64,000 bases of DNA from contig JADGRO010000016.1 in assembly GCA_017880905.1 (NCBI GenBank), forward strand, positions 5,363 to 69,362. The letters are read 5' to 3'. The DNA comes from Methylotenera sp. Lineage in GTDB: Bacteria > Pseudomonadota > Gammaproteobacteria > Burkholderiales > Methylophilaceae. The notes under the pieces are model-generated. The model made no database searches and had not been told where the DNA came from. It saw only the letters and a program-made list of their open reading frames with translations. This document shows, piece by piece, positions 1 to 11,351 of the stretch (its first letter is position 1; every line of letters begins with the position of its first letter). The position numbers were made by a program, and so were the translations under genes.

Positions 1-152
1 GTAGCAAGCGGATCTAGCGTACCTGTATGACCAGCTTTTGCAGCCTGAAACAACCATTTTACTTTTTGTAACGCTTGGTTAGATGAAAAACCAAGTGGCT
101 TATCGAGTAGCAGAACACCATTGATGTTTCTTTTGATGCGCTTAATTTGCAA
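1..152 (-). CDS. truB: tRNA pseudouridine(55) synthase TruB, N-terminal part (runs off window)
   Basis: Manual translation from TTG at 152: [50 protein letters not shown] (GHTGTLDP motif); follows rbfA. Confidence 0.96.
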   Translation of the reverse strand, partial: MQIKRIKRNINGVLLLDKPLGFSSNQALQKVKWLFQAAKAGHTGTLDPLA

Positions 153-165
153 GGCTTTTAGTCGA

Positions 166-525
166 TTAAGAGTTGGATTTGTTGTCCGAAGCACGTGCGG
201 CATCTATAAGTTGCGCCATTTTAATGCCAATATCAATTGATTCATCATACACAAAATGCAATTGAGGAATAGTGCGTAACAACATACGTTTAGCCAGTTG
301 CGTACGTAAAAAACCTGCAGATTTTTCTAGACCCTTTTGTAAGCTATTGCTGGCTTTAGCGGCACTGTAGTAGATTTTGGCATGCGCCATATCACCTGTG
401 ACCTCAACGTCTGTAACTGTTACCATACCAATGCGTGGGTCTTTCACTTCAAGCTGCAATAACCCGGCCAACTCGCGCTGCATTTGCTCGGCAACCCTAT
501 TTGACCTCGAAAACTCTTTCGCCAT
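166..525 (-). CDS. rbfA: 30S ribosome-binding factor RbfA
   Basis: [32 protein letters not shown] motifs; between infB and truB. Confidence 0.97.
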   Translation of the reverse strand: MAKEFSRSNRVAEQMQRELAGLLQLEVKDPRIGMVTVTDVEVTGDMAHAKIYYSAAKASNSLQKGLEKSAGFLRTQLAKRMLLRTIPQLHFVYDESIDIGIKMAQLIDAARASDNKSNS

Positions 526-3146
526 TAAAGTGTTCTTGCTACCTCGACAACTTCATAAACTTCTAATATATCGCCAACTTCAATATCATTAAAGTTTTTA
601 AGTGAAAGCCCACACTCAAAGTTGTTTTTCACTTCTTTTACGTCGTCTTTAAAGCGTTTCAATGAATCTAACTCCCCAGTATGAATAATCACATTGTCAC
701 GCAACACGCGTACTTTAGAGTTACGTTTAATCATGCCGTCTTGCACATAGCAACCAGCAACCGCGCCCACTTTAGAGATACGGTACACCTCGCGAATTTC
801 TACCGTGCCTATCATCGTTTCTTTTTGTTCTGGAGCTAACATGCCGCCAAGAGCTGCTTTTACTTCATCTACCGCTTCGTAAATAATATTGTAGTAGCGT
901 ACATCGACGCCCAAATTGTCGATGAGCTTACGAGAACCAGCATCAGCGCGCACGTTAAAGCCAATTAACACAGCGCCAGACGCGCTCGCCAAGTTCACAT
1001 CCGATTCGCTAATTGCACCTACGCCAGTATGGATAATATTGACTTTGACTTCTGCGGTTGAAAGTTTTTGCAAACTGGTAGCCAAGGCTTCGTAAGAGCC
1101 TTGTACATCAGATTTAACTATCAAATTGAGCGTTTGTACTTCGCCCTCTTCCATTTGCTCGAACATATTTTCAAGCTTGGCCGCTTGCTGCTTGGCCAAC
1201 TTCACATCGCGGAATTTGCCTGCACGGAAATTTGCAATCTCGCGTGCTTTACGCTCATCGTTGAGCACAATCACTTCCTCGCCTGCGCTTGGTACATCGG
1301 ATAAGCCTAAAATTTCAACTGGAATTGATGGCCCAGCTTCTTTAATTTCTTTGCCGGATTCATCTAACATAGCGCGTACGCGGCCAAACGTACTGCCCGC
1401 TAAAATCATATCGCCACGACGTAACACACCAGATTGCACCAAAATTGTTGAAACAGAACCACGGCCTTTATCAATTCTACCCTCGATTACCAAGCCTTTG
1501 GCTGGCGTATTTCTAGGCGCTTTTAATTCTAATATTTCGGCTTGAAGCAACACTGCCTCTAGCAACTCATCGATACCTTTGCCTGTTTTTGCTGACACCT
1601 CACGGAACATAGTATCGCCACCAAGATCTTCTGGCACCACTTCTTGGGCTACCAGCTCCATTTTCACGCGTTCTGGCTGTGCATCTGGTTTATCAATTTT
1701 GTTAATCGCCACTACTATTGGCACACCAGCCGCTTTGGCATGGTGAATTGCTTCAATGGTTTGTGGCATTACGCCGTCATCGGCAGAAACCACCAAAATC
1801 ACCACATCAGTCGCTTTTGCGCCACGCGCACGCATGGCGGTGAATGCCTCGTGACCTGGCGTATCTAAGAAAGTCACCATACCGCGTGGTGTTTCGACGT
1901 GGTATGCGCCAATATGCTGGGTAATGCCACCCGCTTCACCAGAAGCCACATGGCTACGACGAATATAATCTAACAGTGAGGTTTTACCATGGTCAACGTG
2001 ACCCATCACCGTCACCACTGGGGGGCGCTCTTCCAAAATCGCCTCGGCATGTTCAGTTTCTTCTAGGAATGTTTCTGGGTCATTTGCTGCCGCTGCTTTA
2101 GCTGTATGCCCCATTTCTTCCACCAGAATAATTGCCGTTTCCTGGTCGAGCACTTGGTTAATCGTTACCATCATGCCCATGCCCATCAGCACCTTAATCA
2201 CTTCGGCCGCTTTTACCGACATTTTGTGTGCCAAATCGGCCACCGAAATAGTTTCTGGTACCAACACTTCATGCACAATAGGCTCGGTTGGCGCATTAAA
2301 AGCGTGCTCTTGGTCGTCATCGTCTTTATGCGATTTGTGTTTACCTTTTGGTGAACGCCATCCTTGGTTAACGTTAATATCTCCGCGCGTTTTTAAGCCA
2401 CGCTTTTTGCTTTCTTTTTCGTTCCAATCTTTGTTATTGCCTTTGCTTTTTTTCGCATCTTTATTTGCAGGTTTTGCTGCACCTTCTTTAGCGACAGGCT
2501 TATGTAGTGTACCTTCAGAGAGTTTTGCAGTTTTAGCTTTTGCAGAAGCTTCCTCAGCTATCTTTTTAGCTTCTTCTTCCGCGCGGCGTTGCGCAATTTC
2601 TTGTTTTTTACGCACATCTTCTGCTTGTATCGAAGCCAGAGCTGCATGCCGTTGGGCTTCTTGTTCACGCAGCGCAACTTGCTCCGCTGTTAATACCTGT
2701 TTCTTGAGTGTTGTAGATTTTGTTTCAGGTGCTGTCACTACTGGTGCGGCTTCATTGCTAGCAATTGCTGCATCCGCAGCCTCATCAGCAACTGGTGATA
2801 GTCTAGTTTCAATAACTGGCGCTGGTGCCGCTACTTCAGTCTCACTTTCATTGCGCACCAACACACGTTTTTTGCGCACCTCGACTTGAATCATCCGCGC
2901 TTTGCCCATGCTGTCGGTTTTTTTAATTTCGGTGCTAGATTTGCGTGTGAGCGTGATTTTATTTTTTGGGGCTTGTGCGGCACCATGTTCTTTACGCAAA
3001 TATTCCAGCAGCGCAGATTTATCAGCTTCTTCTAATTTGTCTTCAACGGCAGATTTAACCACGCCCGCACTTTTCAGCTGCTCTAGCAGCAAGGCGGTGG
3101 GCAGCCCTAGCTCTGCGGCGAATTGTGCAACGGTTGTTTGTGCCAT
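525..3146 (-). CDS. infB: Translation initiation factor IF-2
   Basis: [24 protein letters not shown] GTPase motifs; nusA-infB-rbfA order. Confidence 0.99.
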   Translation of the reverse strand: MAQTTVAQFAAELGLPTALLLEQLKSAGVVKSAVEDKLEEADKSALLEYLRKEHGAAQAPKNKITLTRKSSTEIKKTDSMGKARMIQVEVRKKRVLVRNESETEVAAPAPVIETRLSPVADEAADAAIASNEAAPVVTAPETKSTTLKKQVLTAEQVALREQEAQRHAALASIQAEDVRKKQEIAQRRAEEEAKKIAEEASAKAKTAKLSEGTLHKPVAKEGAAKPANKDAKKSKGNNKDWNEKESKKRGLKTRGDINVNQGWRSPKGKHKSHKDDDDQEHAFNAPTEPIVHEVLVPETISVADLAHKMSVKAAEVIKVLMGMGMMVTINQVLDQETAIILVEEMGHTAKAAAANDPETFLEETEHAEAILEERPPVVTVMGHVDHGKTSLLDYIRRSHVASGEAGGITQHIGAYHVETPRGMVTFLDTPGHEAFTAMRARGAKATDVVILVVSADDGVMPQTIEAIHHAKAAGVPIVVAINKIDKPDAQPERVKMELVAQEVVPEDLGGDTMFREVSAKTGKGIDELLEAVLLQAEILELKAPRNTPAKGLVIEGRIDKGRGSVSTILVQSGVLRRGDMILAGSTFGRVRAMLDESGKEIKEAGPSIPVEILGLSDVPSAGEEVIVLNDERKAREIANFRAGKFRDVKLAKQQAAKLENMFEQMEEGEVQTLNLIVKSDVQGSYEALATSLQKLSTAEVKVNIIHTGVGAISESDVNLASASGAVLIGFNVRADAGSRKLIDNLGVDVRYYNIIYEAVDEVKAALGGMLAPEQKETMIGTVEIREVYRISKVGAVAGCYVQDGMIKRNSKVRVLRDNVIIHTGELDSLKRFKDDVKEVKNNFECGLSLKNFNDIEVGDILEVYEVVEVARTL

Positions 3147-3189
3147 TTACTGTACCTGTCTTTCCACTTTGAGTCTCTCTACTTTCCTA

Positions 3190-4656
3190 CTATTTAAACC
3201 AGGGCGCACGTGCGGTCATAATCAATGTTTTAGCACGCTCGGCATCCATATTGGTTAATTCTACCAGCTCATCTACTGCCAATTCAGCCAAGCTTTCCAT
3301 TGTTGGAACTCCTTTAGAAGCCAATAGATGTGCGGTCTTATCGTCCATACCTTCCATGCCCAACAAATCGGCTGAAGCTTCCTCTATTTTTTCTTCCTTG
3401 GCAATAGCTTCAGTTAACAAGGCGGCACGCGCACGTGAGCGAAGCTCATTAATGGTGTCCTCGTCAAACGCGTCAATTTCAGCCATTTCGGTCAGTGGCA
3501 CGTAAGCAATTTCTTCCAAAGTACTAAAGCCTTCTTGCACCAAAATATCGGCCACTTCTTCATCCACGTCGAGTTTTTCCATAAACAATTGGCTCACGCT
3601 AGAGTATTCGTCTTGGTTTTTCTTAGCAGCTTCATCTTCAGTCAGAATGTTCAATGTCCAGCCAGTCAATTCAGAAGCTAAACGTACGTTTTGGCCGTTA
3701 CGACCAATCGCTAACGCCAATTGTTCCTCATTCACCACCACGTCCATGCTGTGCGCATCTTCATCTACTACGATGCTGGAAACTTCAGCAGGTGCCATAG
3801 CATTAATCACAAACTGTGCTGGCTCCATGCTCCACAACACAATATCCACGCGCTCGCCAGCCAATTCACCTGTAACCGCTTGTACGCGCGAACCGCGCAT
3901 ACCCACGCACGTACCTACTGGGTCTAAACGTTGATCGTTAGTTTTAACAGCAATTTTTGAGCGCAAACCAGGGTCACGTGCAGCGGCCTTGATTTCCAAC
4001 AACCCTTCTTCAATTTCTGGCACTTCTAGCTCAAATAAACGCTGTAAAAATTCTGGCGCAATGCGTGATAATATAAGCTGCGGGCCACGACCACCACGTT
4101 CAATGCGCGATAAATAGGCACGCACGCGGTCGCCCACACGCAAGTTTTCTTTTGGTATCATCGCCTCGCGTGGCAATAGGCATTCAATACGGCCAACCTC
4201 AATCAGTGCGTTGCCTTTTTCCATGCGCTTAATTACACCTGTCACTAAATTTTCGTTTCGGCTCAAAAAGTCCTCTAAAATTTGCTCGCGCTCAGCTTCG
4301 CGTACTTTTTGTAAGATAACTTGCTTAGCGGCTTGCGCACCAATGCGGCCAAATTCAATACTTTCCAGCGGCTCTTCATAATAATCGCCAATTTGGCGAT
4401 CTTTGGCGTGTTCGCTCTCTTCATCAAATTGGTAAGCTGAATTTTCCAGCAAATCATATTCCACATATTGCCAGCGCCTAAATGTTTTATATTCGCCAGT
4501 CTCACGATCAATCTCTACGCGAATATCTGCATTTTCATCGTGTTTTTTCTTGGTTGCAGAGGCCAATGCAAGCTCTAGTGCAGTAAAAATCACCTCTTTG
4601 CTCACATTTTTCTCATGGGCTAAGGCATCTACCAATAATAAAATTTCACGACTCAT
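3190..4656 (-). CDS. nusA: Transcription termination/antitermination factor NusA
   Basis: [14 protein letters not shown]1/KH motifs ([25 protein letters not shown]). Confidence 0.99.
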   Translation of the reverse strand: MSREILLLVDALAHEKNVSKEVIFTALELALASATKKKHDENADIRVEIDRETGEYKTFRRWQYVEYDLLENSAYQFDEESEHAKDRQIGDYYEEPLESIEFGRIGAQAAKQVILQKVREAEREQILEDFLSRNENLVTGVIKRMEKGNALIEVGRIECLLPREAMIPKENLRVGDRVRAYLSRIERGGRGPQLILSRIAPEFLQRLFELEVPEIEEGLLEIKAAARDPGLRSKIAVKTNDQRLDPVGTCVGMRGSRVQAVTGELAGERVDIVLWSMEPAQFVINAMAPAEVSSIVVDEDAHSMDVVVNEEQLALAIGRNGQNVRLASELTGWTLNILTEDEAAKKNQDEYSSVSQLFMEKLDVDEEVADILVQEGFSTLEEIAYVPLTEMAEIDAFDEDTINELRSRARAALLTEAIAKEEKIEEASADLLGMEGMDDKTAHLLASKGVPTMESLAELAVDELVELTNMDAERAKTLIMTARAPWFK

Positions 4657-4706
4657 TGCAATCTCCAGCTATCAATTTATTCTAAACTACATCCAATTTA
4701 TCTGCA

Positions 4707-5192
4707 CTAAAACACTGGGCTTAAGCGTGCCTTATCAATATTATTCAAGGCCATTTTGTAAGTATGGCCTTCAAATTCCAGCAACACCATGTCATCTTGT
4801 ACACCGCGCAAAGTGCCCAAAAAGGTCTTGCGCGGCAACGTGGTTTCAGTCGCTTGTGCGCTTTCATCCTTAATACCCACACGCAGTTTAATCTGTGCGC
4901 GCTCACCCGTAAAACGCACAAAATCTTTTTCTTTTTTTAACACTCTATCCATACCAGCTGAAGAAATCTCCAGCCTATCATAATCAATCTCATGCTCCAC
5001 CGTCAGCACATTGCCCAGTTGATTGCTCACCAACACACAATCATCAATATTTACGCTATCTTTGTTATCTTTTGGGTTTAACTTATCAATAAACACGCGC
5101 AATAACTTACCTCTGTTTGACATCTCAAGGTCTACCAGCTCAAACCCAAGTTGGGTCACGGTTTTATCAATTAAACCCTGCAAATCTTGCAT
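4707..5192 (-). CDS. rimP: Ribosome maturation factor RimP (likely start ATG at 5192, shorter than the track ORF)
   Basis: LRVFID, YDRLEISSAGMDR motifs; AAGGA SD upstream of MQDLQ; first gene of the nusA-infB operon. Confidence 0.95.
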   Translation of the reverse strand: MQDLQGLIDKTVTQLGFELVDLEMSNRGKLLRVFIDKLNPKDNKDSVNIDDCVLVSNQLGNVLTVEHEIDYDRLEISSAGMDRVLKKEKDFVRFTGERAQIKLRVGIKDESAQATETTLPRKTFLGTLRGVQDDMVLLEFEGHTYKMALNNIDKARLSPVF

Positions 5193-5230
5193 TACTACCA
5201 ATTCCTTAAGGCTACATAACCTGCAGAAAC

Positions 5231-5252
5231 AAAAAATGGGCACAAAGCCCAT
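5231..5252 (-). promoter_or_regulatory. rimP-leader hairpin (terminator-like)
   Basis: Minus strand ATGGGC-TTTGT-GCCCAT followed by TTTTT, about 40 nt upstream of the rimP start. Confidence 0.65.
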
Positions 5253-5266
5253 CGAATTATTCGCGC

Positions 5267-5275
5267 ATTATACCA
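5267..5275 (-). promoter_or_regulatory. Extended -10 sigma70 promoter for the rimP-nusA-infB operon
   Basis: TGGTATAAT followed by a GC-rich discriminator GCGCG on the minus strand. Confidence 0.55.
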
Positions 5276-5500
5276 ATTAATTCAAGCAAAGAACACATTT
5301 ACGGTAGCTATGTGTTTGTTCAAGCCAAATTTGAGGAGTTACAAAATATTATATGTGCGCTCAACTAGCTTTCTTATTCATAATTTGCAAAGCCAATAGC
5401 CCAAAAGGGTCATAGATTTTCGCTTCATAATCGATAGAATGCTGATGGTAAGTCATAACTTTTTTCTTAAGCTATATTTTAAAGTGGGGTCACCGAATAA

Positions 5501-6526
5501 ATGAAACTCGACTTTAGCTTATCGCATATAAACCCTTTACTCTTGCTAGCTGGTTTAACTGTTTATACTAGCGTCATGGCGAACGACGTTGAAAAAGTAA
5601 TAGATACACAACAAATTGTCGAAAATTCAGCCCCACCATCAACTAACCCTGCGGTCGATAATCAAAACGCCAAAGCATCTTTCAAAAACCCCAATTCGCC
5701 GCTAGTAGAAATGGCATTCAAGTTCAAAAACACCGAAGGGTCTCCTCACAATTACGCAGAAGTTGCAGCCGGCTATTGCAAAGCGGCAAAATCTGGTGAT
5801 GCCGATGCGCAATATGCGCTAGCCTGGATGTATTTAAACGGGCGCGGTGTCTCTGTAAACAAAAGTATTGCCGCACAACTATATACCATGGCAGCAGAGC
5901 AAGGGCACATTCGTGCGGAAGAGGCGCTTAGCGAAATTACAGATACTTTGCCACGATCCGATTTGCCTACCTGTTTCTTCTTGCCCGACTCGCCCGCAGC
6001 AAGCGCCCCCGGCTTAGGGACAGCTACAACAGAACGAAAGGATATATCACCAGAAACGGCTGCACTGTTCTATTCACAAGCACATATTCTAAAACTGGTA
6101 ACTAAGCTCGCCCCCCGTTACAACATCGACACCAATTTAGCGATGGCTTTTATTGCAGTGGAATCGGGATTTAATATACAAGCAACTTCAGCTAAAAATG
6201 CACAAGGTCTGATGCAACTCATTCCAGAAACCGCGCAACGTTTTGGTGTAAAGAACGCTTACAAAGCGGAGGATAATATCAAAGGCGGGCTGGCTTATCT
6301 ACAATGGTTACTGGCTTATTTCAAAGGTGACGTACAGCTGGTAGCGGCGGCCTATAATGCTGGCGAAGCCACAGTCGAGAAATATAAAGGGGTTCCTCCA
6401 TATGCAGAAACGCAAATGTATGTGAAGAAAATTGCCAAACTTTACAACAACAGAACCCATCCTTATCTAAATAACTTGGTAAAAACTTCTCCGCTGCTTA
6501 ATTTACCAAATAAAAGGACAATGTAA
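5501..6526 (+). CDS. Exported Sel1-repeat plus SLT lytic transglycosylase domain protein
   Basis: Hydrophobic N-terminal signal; Sel1 repeats (AAKSGDADAQYALAWMYLNGRGV); SLT motifs AVESGFN, AQGLMQL, AAYNAGE, PPYAETQ.YV. Confidence 0.88.
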   Translation: MKLDFSLSHINPLLLLAGLTVYTSVMANDVEKVIDTQQIVENSAPPSTNPAVDNQNAKASFKNPNSPLVEMAFKFKNTEGSPHNYAEVAAGYCKAAKSGDADAQYALAWMYLNGRGVSVNKSIAAQLYTMAAEQGHIRAEEALSEITDTLPRSDLPTCFFLPDSPAASAPGLGTATTERKDISPETAALFYSQAHILKLVTKLAPRYNIDTNLAMAFIAVESGFNIQATSAKNAQGLMQLIPETAQRFGVKNAYKAEDNIKGGLAYLQWLLAYFKGDVQLVAAAYNAGEATVEKYKGVPPYAETQMYVKKIAKLYNNRTHPYLNNLVKTSPLLNLPNKRTM

Positions 6527-6541
6527 GAAAACGCTTTGATT

Positions 6542-6559
6542 TTAGCCGCATATGGCTAA
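6542..6559. terminator. Short hairpin between convergent SLT and tyrS genes
   Basis: TTAGCC-GCATAT-GGCTAA. Confidence 0.4.
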
Positions 6560-7794
6560 CTTATAGTAATTTTAGCAAACTTACGCTTACCCACTTGCGC
6601 TACAACAGTTACGCCTTTATTTAACTGCAAATTTTTATCTGTGACTTTTTCGCTATCAAGCTTGACGCCGCCTTGCTCAATCGCGCGGTAGGCTTCCGAA
6701 GTGCTTTCTACTAAGCCCGCCATCTTTAAAAGTTGTGCAATACCTATGGAACCTGCAATGCCTACAGAGCCAATAGAAGCACTTGCCGAGACGCCTGTTA
6801 TAGCAACAGTTACTTTTTGCACATCATCCGGAATGCCGCCTTTAGCGCGAGTTTGAAAGTCGTTCAGCGCTTTTTCGGCATCGGCTTGGCAGTGAAAGCG
6901 TGCAACAATTTCTTGCGCGAATTTCACTTTAATATTACGTGGATTTTCGCCTGCCTTAACGTCCGCCTTCCATTTGGCAATGGTTTCTAGACTTTCAAAC
7001 GACAACAATTCAATATAGCGCCACATTAGCTCATCCGAAACCGACATTAATTTGGCAAAAATAATTTCTGGCGGTTCGTTAATGCCAATGTAGTTATCGA
7101 GCGATTTCGACATCTTATTCACGCCATCTAAACCTTCTAACAAAGGCATGGTAAGCACGCATTGCTGGGGCTGTCTGGCTTGTTTTTGCAGCTCGCGACC
7201 CATCAGCAAGTTAAATTTTTGATCTGTTCCTCCCAATTCAACATCTGCTTTAAGCACGACTGAATCGTAGCCTTGCAGCAACGGATACATAAATTCGTGA
7301 ATCGCGATTGGTTGATTGCCTTTGAAGCGTTTTGAGAAATCATCGCGTTCAAGCATACGTGCAACCGTATGGCTAGCGGCCAGTTTGAGCATGCCTGCCG
7401 CACCTAAATCTGTGAGCCAGCTTGAATTAAAAACAATTTCGGTTTTATCTTTATCTAAAATCTTAAATACCTGTGTGGCGTACGATTTGGCATTCTCAGC
7501 CACCTGCTCTTTGGTTAATGGCAGTCGTGTGGCACTTTTGCCAGTCGGGTCGCCAATCATGCCGGTAAAATCGCCAATCAAAAACAATATGTGATGGCCT
7601 AAATCTTGAAAATGACGCAGTTTATTGATGAGTACAGTATGTCCAAGATGCAAGTCTGGCGCGGTTGGATCGAAACCTGCCTTAATGCGCAACGGCACGC
7701 CTTTTTTAAGTTTTTCGACTAGTTCAGCCTCAATTAGCAGCTCGTCGCAGCCGCGTTTTATAATTGCCAATGATTGATTAATATCTGTTTTCAC
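6556..7794 (-). CDS. tyrS: Tyrosine--tRNA ligase (GTG start)
   Basis: HLGH and KMSKS class I motifs; C-terminal S4 domain. Confidence 0.98.
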   Translation of the reverse strand: MKTDINQSLAIIKRGCDELLIEAELVEKLKKGVPLRIKAGFDPTAPDLHLGHTVLINKLRHFQDLGHHILFLIGDFTGMIGDPTGKSATRLPLTKEQVAENAKSYATQVFKILDKDKTEIVFNSSWLTDLGAAGMLKLAASHTVARMLERDDFSKRFKGNQPIAIHEFMYPLLQGYDSVVLKADVELGGTDQKFNLLMGRELQKQARQPQQCVLTMPLLEGLDGVNKMSKSLDNYIGINEPPEIIFAKLMSVSDELMWRYIELLSFESLETIAKWKADVKAGENPRNIKVKFAQEIVARFHCQADAEKALNDFQTRAKGGIPDDVQKVTVAITGVSASASIGSVGIAGSIGIAQLLKMAGLVESTSEAYRAIEQGGVKLDSEKVTDKNLQLNKGVTVVAQVGKRKFAKITIS

Positions 7795-8018
7795 AGTGTT
7801 TCCCAGTAGTATTGGTGTTATATTTTTTTACAATGTGTTACTTTTTATTAGTTTAAAAATTCTGTTACCATGCTTTTATATGCAAGCATTTGGGCGGTAC
7901 TTTGTCATTCTTCCGGTCATATTCTATGCAAAAAACAATGATGTAGTTTAGGCTTCTATTTTAACGCAAAATAAATTCTTAAGCCTGCGTAAAATTTAAA
8001 CCCGATGAAAGATATTTA

Positions 8019-9110
8019 TTGATGCAATTATTCATAGGCATTATGTCTGGCACCAGTTTAGATGGTATCGACGTTGTTTTATGCTCGTTCGAGGAAAACG
8101 CCTGTCAGCTTCTCGCCACGCATTTTGCGCCTTACCCCGCAGCACTTAAATTAGAATTATTGGCTTTGCATCAAAACAGTAACAATGAGCTGGAAACCGC
8201 AACTTTAATGGATAACAGGCTAGCGACCATGTATGCGAATGCGGTCAGGCAATTACTAGATTCTGTGCAAACCAGTGCTAAAAAAATTACTGCGATTGGC
8301 TGTCACGGCCAAACTATTCGGCATAGGCCAGAGCTTGGGTATACTTTGCAAATTGGCAACTCTGCCTTGTTAGCTGAACTCACTGATATCACTGTGATAT
8401 CAGGTTTTAGAAGCCGCGACATTGCAGCGGGCGGCCAAGGTGCACCACTCGTGCCAGCGTTTCATAAAGCAGTATTTGCAAGTGATGAAGCTAATCGTGC
8501 CATCGTCAATATTGGCGGCATCGCCAATATCACCTATCTCGCCAGTACAGGTGCAGTGCTTGGTTTTGATTCTGGCCCGGGCAATATGTTATTGGATGCG
8601 TGGACAAAACAAAATATAGGTAAAGATTACGACGCGGATGGCGCGTGGGCAGCCACTGGCGTGGTGCTGGATATTTTATTATTTAATATGCTTGCCGAGC
8701 CCTATTTTGAGCTGCCGCCGCCCAAAAGCACTGGGCGCGATCTTTTTAACGATAGTTGGTTAAAGCAGCATTTGTTGTATCCACATCTGCGGCCACAAGA
8801 TGTCGCACATACACTCACCGCGCTAACTGCACATAGCATTCACAATGCGCTCAACAATTGTGGCAAGGTTGACGAAGTTTATTTATGCGGTGGTGGTGCA
8901 CATAACAGCTTGCTGAAAAACAGCTTACAAACATTATTAGGCAACACAAAAGTGGCTACTACCGACGATTTGGGTGTAAGTGTCAATTGGGTTGAAGCAG
9001 CTGCATTTGCTTGGCTGGCCAAGCAAACACTTACAAACAAACCCAGCAACTTGCCCTCTGTTACTGGTGCAAAAGGATTGCGCATTTTGGGTGCCATTTA
9101 CCCCAAGTAA
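8019..9110 (+). CDS. anmK: Anhydro-N-acetylmuramic acid kinase (ATG at 8022 also possible)
   Basis: GIMSGTSLDGID, GCHGQTIRHRP, GGQGAPLVP, FDSGPGN motifs. Confidence 0.97.
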   Translation: MMQLFIGIMSGTSLDGIDVVLCSFEENACQLLATHFAPYPAALKLELLALHQNSNNELETATLMDNRLATMYANAVRQLLDSVQTSAKKITAIGCHGQTIRHRPELGYTLQIGNSALLAELTDITVISGFRSRDIAAGGQGAPLVPAFHKAVFASDEANRAIVNIGGIANITYLASTGAVLGFDSGPGNMLLDAWTKQNIGKDYDADGAWAATGVVLDILLFNMLAEPYFELPPPKSTGRDLFNDSWLKQHLLYPHLRPQDVAHTLTALTAHSIHNALNNCGKVDEVYLCGGGAHNSLLKNSLQTLLGNTKVATTDDLGVSVNWVEAAAFAWLAKQTLTNKPSNLPSVTGAKGLRILGAIYPK

Positions 9111-9174
9111 AGCCCCCTAAATAAGCGCGTATTTTTCGGCGTATAATCATAAATAAAGATTACAAAGAGCGATC

Positions 9175-10473
9175 ATGACAAAACCTACAAAAGCAACGAT
9201 TACTTTCGATAACGACGCTAAACCCATCGAATTACCCGTACTTTCTGGCACACTAGGTAACGATGTGATTGATATTCGCACACTGGGTAAACACGGCGTA
9301 TTTACTTACGACCCCGGCTTTATGTCTACTGCGGCATGCCAATCTAGCATCACGTTTATTGATGGTGAAAAAGGTCAACTGCTTTATCGCGGTTACCCGA
9401 TTGAACAACTTGCCGAGCATTGCAACTTTTTAGAAGTTTCATATTTACTGATGCATGGCGAGCTGCCAAATACAGCGCAAAGAATTGAATTCACCAAAAC
9501 TATCGTCAACCACACTATGTTGCACGATCAGCTTAGCAATATATTCCGCGGCTTTCGGCGCGATGCGCACCCCATGGCTGTTATGATTGGCGTGGTTGGC
9601 AGCTTGTCGGCTTTCTATTTCGATGCTATGGATGTGTATAACCCGCAACATCGCGTTATTTCTGCACATCGTTTATTAGCAAAAATCCCTACCATTGCGG
9701 CTTGGAGTTACAAGTACAACTTAGGTCAGCCGTTTATGCAGCCCAAAAACAGCCTCAATTATGCTGAAAACTTCATGTATATGATGTTTGCCGTGCCTTG
9801 CGAGGAATACACGCCAAACCCAGTATTGGCGCGTGCTTTCGAGAAGATTTTAATTCTGCATGCAGACCATGAGCAAAATGCTTCAACTTCTACCGTTCGC
9901 TTAGTCGGCTCGAGCGGTGCCAACCCATTTGCCAGCGTGGCGGCAGGCATTGCCTCGCTTTGGGGACCAGCGCACGGCGGCGCCAATGAAGCCACACTTA
10001 AAATGCTGGAAGAAATCGGCGATGTATCGCGCATAGGCCAATTTATTAAACGCGCTAAAGATAAATCTGACAGTTTCAGGCTGATGGGTTTTGGGCATCG
10101 TGTGTATCGTAGCATGGACCCACGTGCCGCTATCATGCAAAAAACCTGTTACGAGGTATTAAACGAACTTGGTTTGCACGACGACTCGATTTTTAAACTG
10201 GCGATGGAGCTGGAAAAAATAGCGCTGGAAGACGAATATTTTGTCTCACGTAAACTTTACCCGAATGTCGATTTTTACAGTGGCATAGTCATGCGTGCGA
10301 TGGGTATCCCTTACAGCATGTTTACCGCCATCTTCGCGCTTGCCCGCACCGCTGGCTGGATAGCGCAATGGGACGAGATGAACGCTGACCCGGAACACAA
10401 AATTGGCCGCCCAAGACAACTTTATACAGGTGAAGCGAGACGGGAGTTTGTGCCGATTGAAAAAAGAACTTGA
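9175..10473 (+). CDS. gltA: Citrate synthase (type II)
   Basis: [35 protein letters not shown] motifs. Confidence 0.98.
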   Translation: MTKPTKATITFDNDAKPIELPVLSGTLGNDVIDIRTLGKHGVFTYDPGFMSTAACQSSITFIDGEKGQLLYRGYPIEQLAEHCNFLEVSYLLMHGELPNTAQRIEFTKTIVNHTMLHDQLSNIFRGFRRDAHPMAVMIGVVGSLSAFYFDAMDVYNPQHRVISAHRLLAKIPTIAAWSYKYNLGQPFMQPKNSLNYAENFMYMMFAVPCEEYTPNPVLARAFEKILILHADHEQNASTSTVRLVGSSGANPFASVAAGIASLWGPAHGGANEATLKMLEEIGDVSRIGQFIKRAKDKSDSFRLMGFGHRVYRSMDPRAAIMQKTCYEVLNELGLHDDSIFKLAMELEKIALEDEYFVSRKLYPNVDFYSGIVMRAMGIPYSMFTAIFALARTAGWIAQWDEMNADPEHKIGRPRQLYTGEARREFVPIEKRT

Positions 10474-10570
10474 ATTTAAAGTGATGTTTTTATTTTTTTA
10501 ATTTTAGGATTTACTAAAAATAAATAACAACATGATTTATTTATATATTTTATTCATTCGCAACAACACA

Positions 10571-10610
10571 ACATCCATTTTGACGCAATATAAAACGTCA
10601 AATAGGATGT
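10571..10610. repeat. Imperfect 15-bp inverted repeat just upstream of the GTT core site
   Basis: ACATCCATTTTGACG-N10-CGTCAAATAGGATGT (13/15 complementary). Confidence 0.7.
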
Positions 10611-10619
10611 CTACTTTAC

Positions 10620-11332
10620 GTTGGACTGCTCAAGAATGACGACGCACGAGAAGCCGACGGGGACGAATGGCCCGGTCCGGATTACGGGCGGCGGACCTCC
10701 GCCCCAGTTCCAAGCAGTCCCTTTTCCGTGTTCCAAGCCGGAAATGGAGGCACTGATTCTCCGCGGCGCTTTGAAATTCTCCGCCGGTATGGAGAAGCCA
10801 TTCTATTCTCTGGCTGGAGAACCAATCCAGAACAAGGAGAATGACCTCGATTTCCAGCTGCCCACGGCATCAGGGCTTCAGCACCTGGATCAAGCTGAAA
10901 TCGTGCACAGCATGCACCAAGGCGACTACGCCGGAGCGCCGAACCGATACCGGGTCGGTGACATGGTGGATACCGTCTGGGGCGTGATACAGGCAAAGGA
11001 AAAGAAATACGGAGAAAGGCGAAAGCTAGCTGTGCATCTGCTGCTCTACAGCGTTGACTGGAGGTTCCTGCTGAGCGAGTCATGCATAGGCCTACTCCGC
11101 GCGTACTGTCTGCGGCGCAAACAGCACTTCGTATCAATCGCGTACTACGCGCCCATCACCGTTGACGAGGGTATTCTCTGGCCCCTAGATCCATTCGATC
11201 CCGCGTCATTGCCGCACGTTGACGAGGCTACGGTACGAAACAACGTAGTGACTAACGGAAATCCGGCCATGTTTACGCCCGCTCCGAATGGCATGGGCGC
11301 AGAGCTTCGATTCGACAAATGAGCAGTCCAAC
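10620..11332 (+). mobile_element. Integron-cassette-like solo insertion
   Basis: GTTGGACTGCTCA (10620-10632) and TGAGCAGTCCAAC (11320-11332) are perfect reverse complements; the ends fit GTTRRRY and RYYYAAC; the enclosed DNA is visibly GC-richer than its flanks. Confidence 0.6.
10636..11322 (+). CDS. Hypothetical protein, possibly PD-(D/E)XK nuclease-like fold
   Basis: 228-aa ORF from ATG 10636 filling the inverted-repeat unit; ENDLDF...DQAEI and K.KKY...LLLY patterns; foreign codon usage; function uncertain. Confidence 0.6.
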   Translation: MTTHEKPTGTNGPVRITGGGPPPQFQAVPFPCSKPEMEALILRGALKFSAGMEKPFYSLAGEPIQNKENDLDFQLPTASGLQHLDQAEIVHSMHQGDYAGAPNRYRVGDMVDTVWGVIQAKEKKYGERRKLAVHLLLYSVDWRFLLSESCIGLLRAYCLRRKQHFVSIAYYAPITVDEGILWPLDPFDPASLPHVDEATVRNNVVTNGNPAMFTPAPNGMGAELRFDK

Positions 11333-11351
11333 CAAATTAAAGGGGTCAGCT

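Noticed and set aside
5353-5415. 20-aa ORF MCAQLAFLFIICKANSPKGS downstream of a GAGGAG
   Set aside because: SD-to-ATG spacing of about 14 nt is too long and there is no other support
5380-5475. GCAAAGCC motif suggesting a c-di-GMP-I riboswitch before the SLT gene
   Set aside because: No upstream GGNAAA/GAAA-tetraloop stem and no CCUAA receptor helix
5193-5500. tRNA-Met upstream of rimP as in enterobacteria
   Set aside because: No cloverleaf, T-loop or CCA end visible
10682-11137. 151-aa antisense ORF inside the GC-rich insert
   Set aside because: Shadow ORF; the plus-strand ORF fills the inverted-repeat unit exactly
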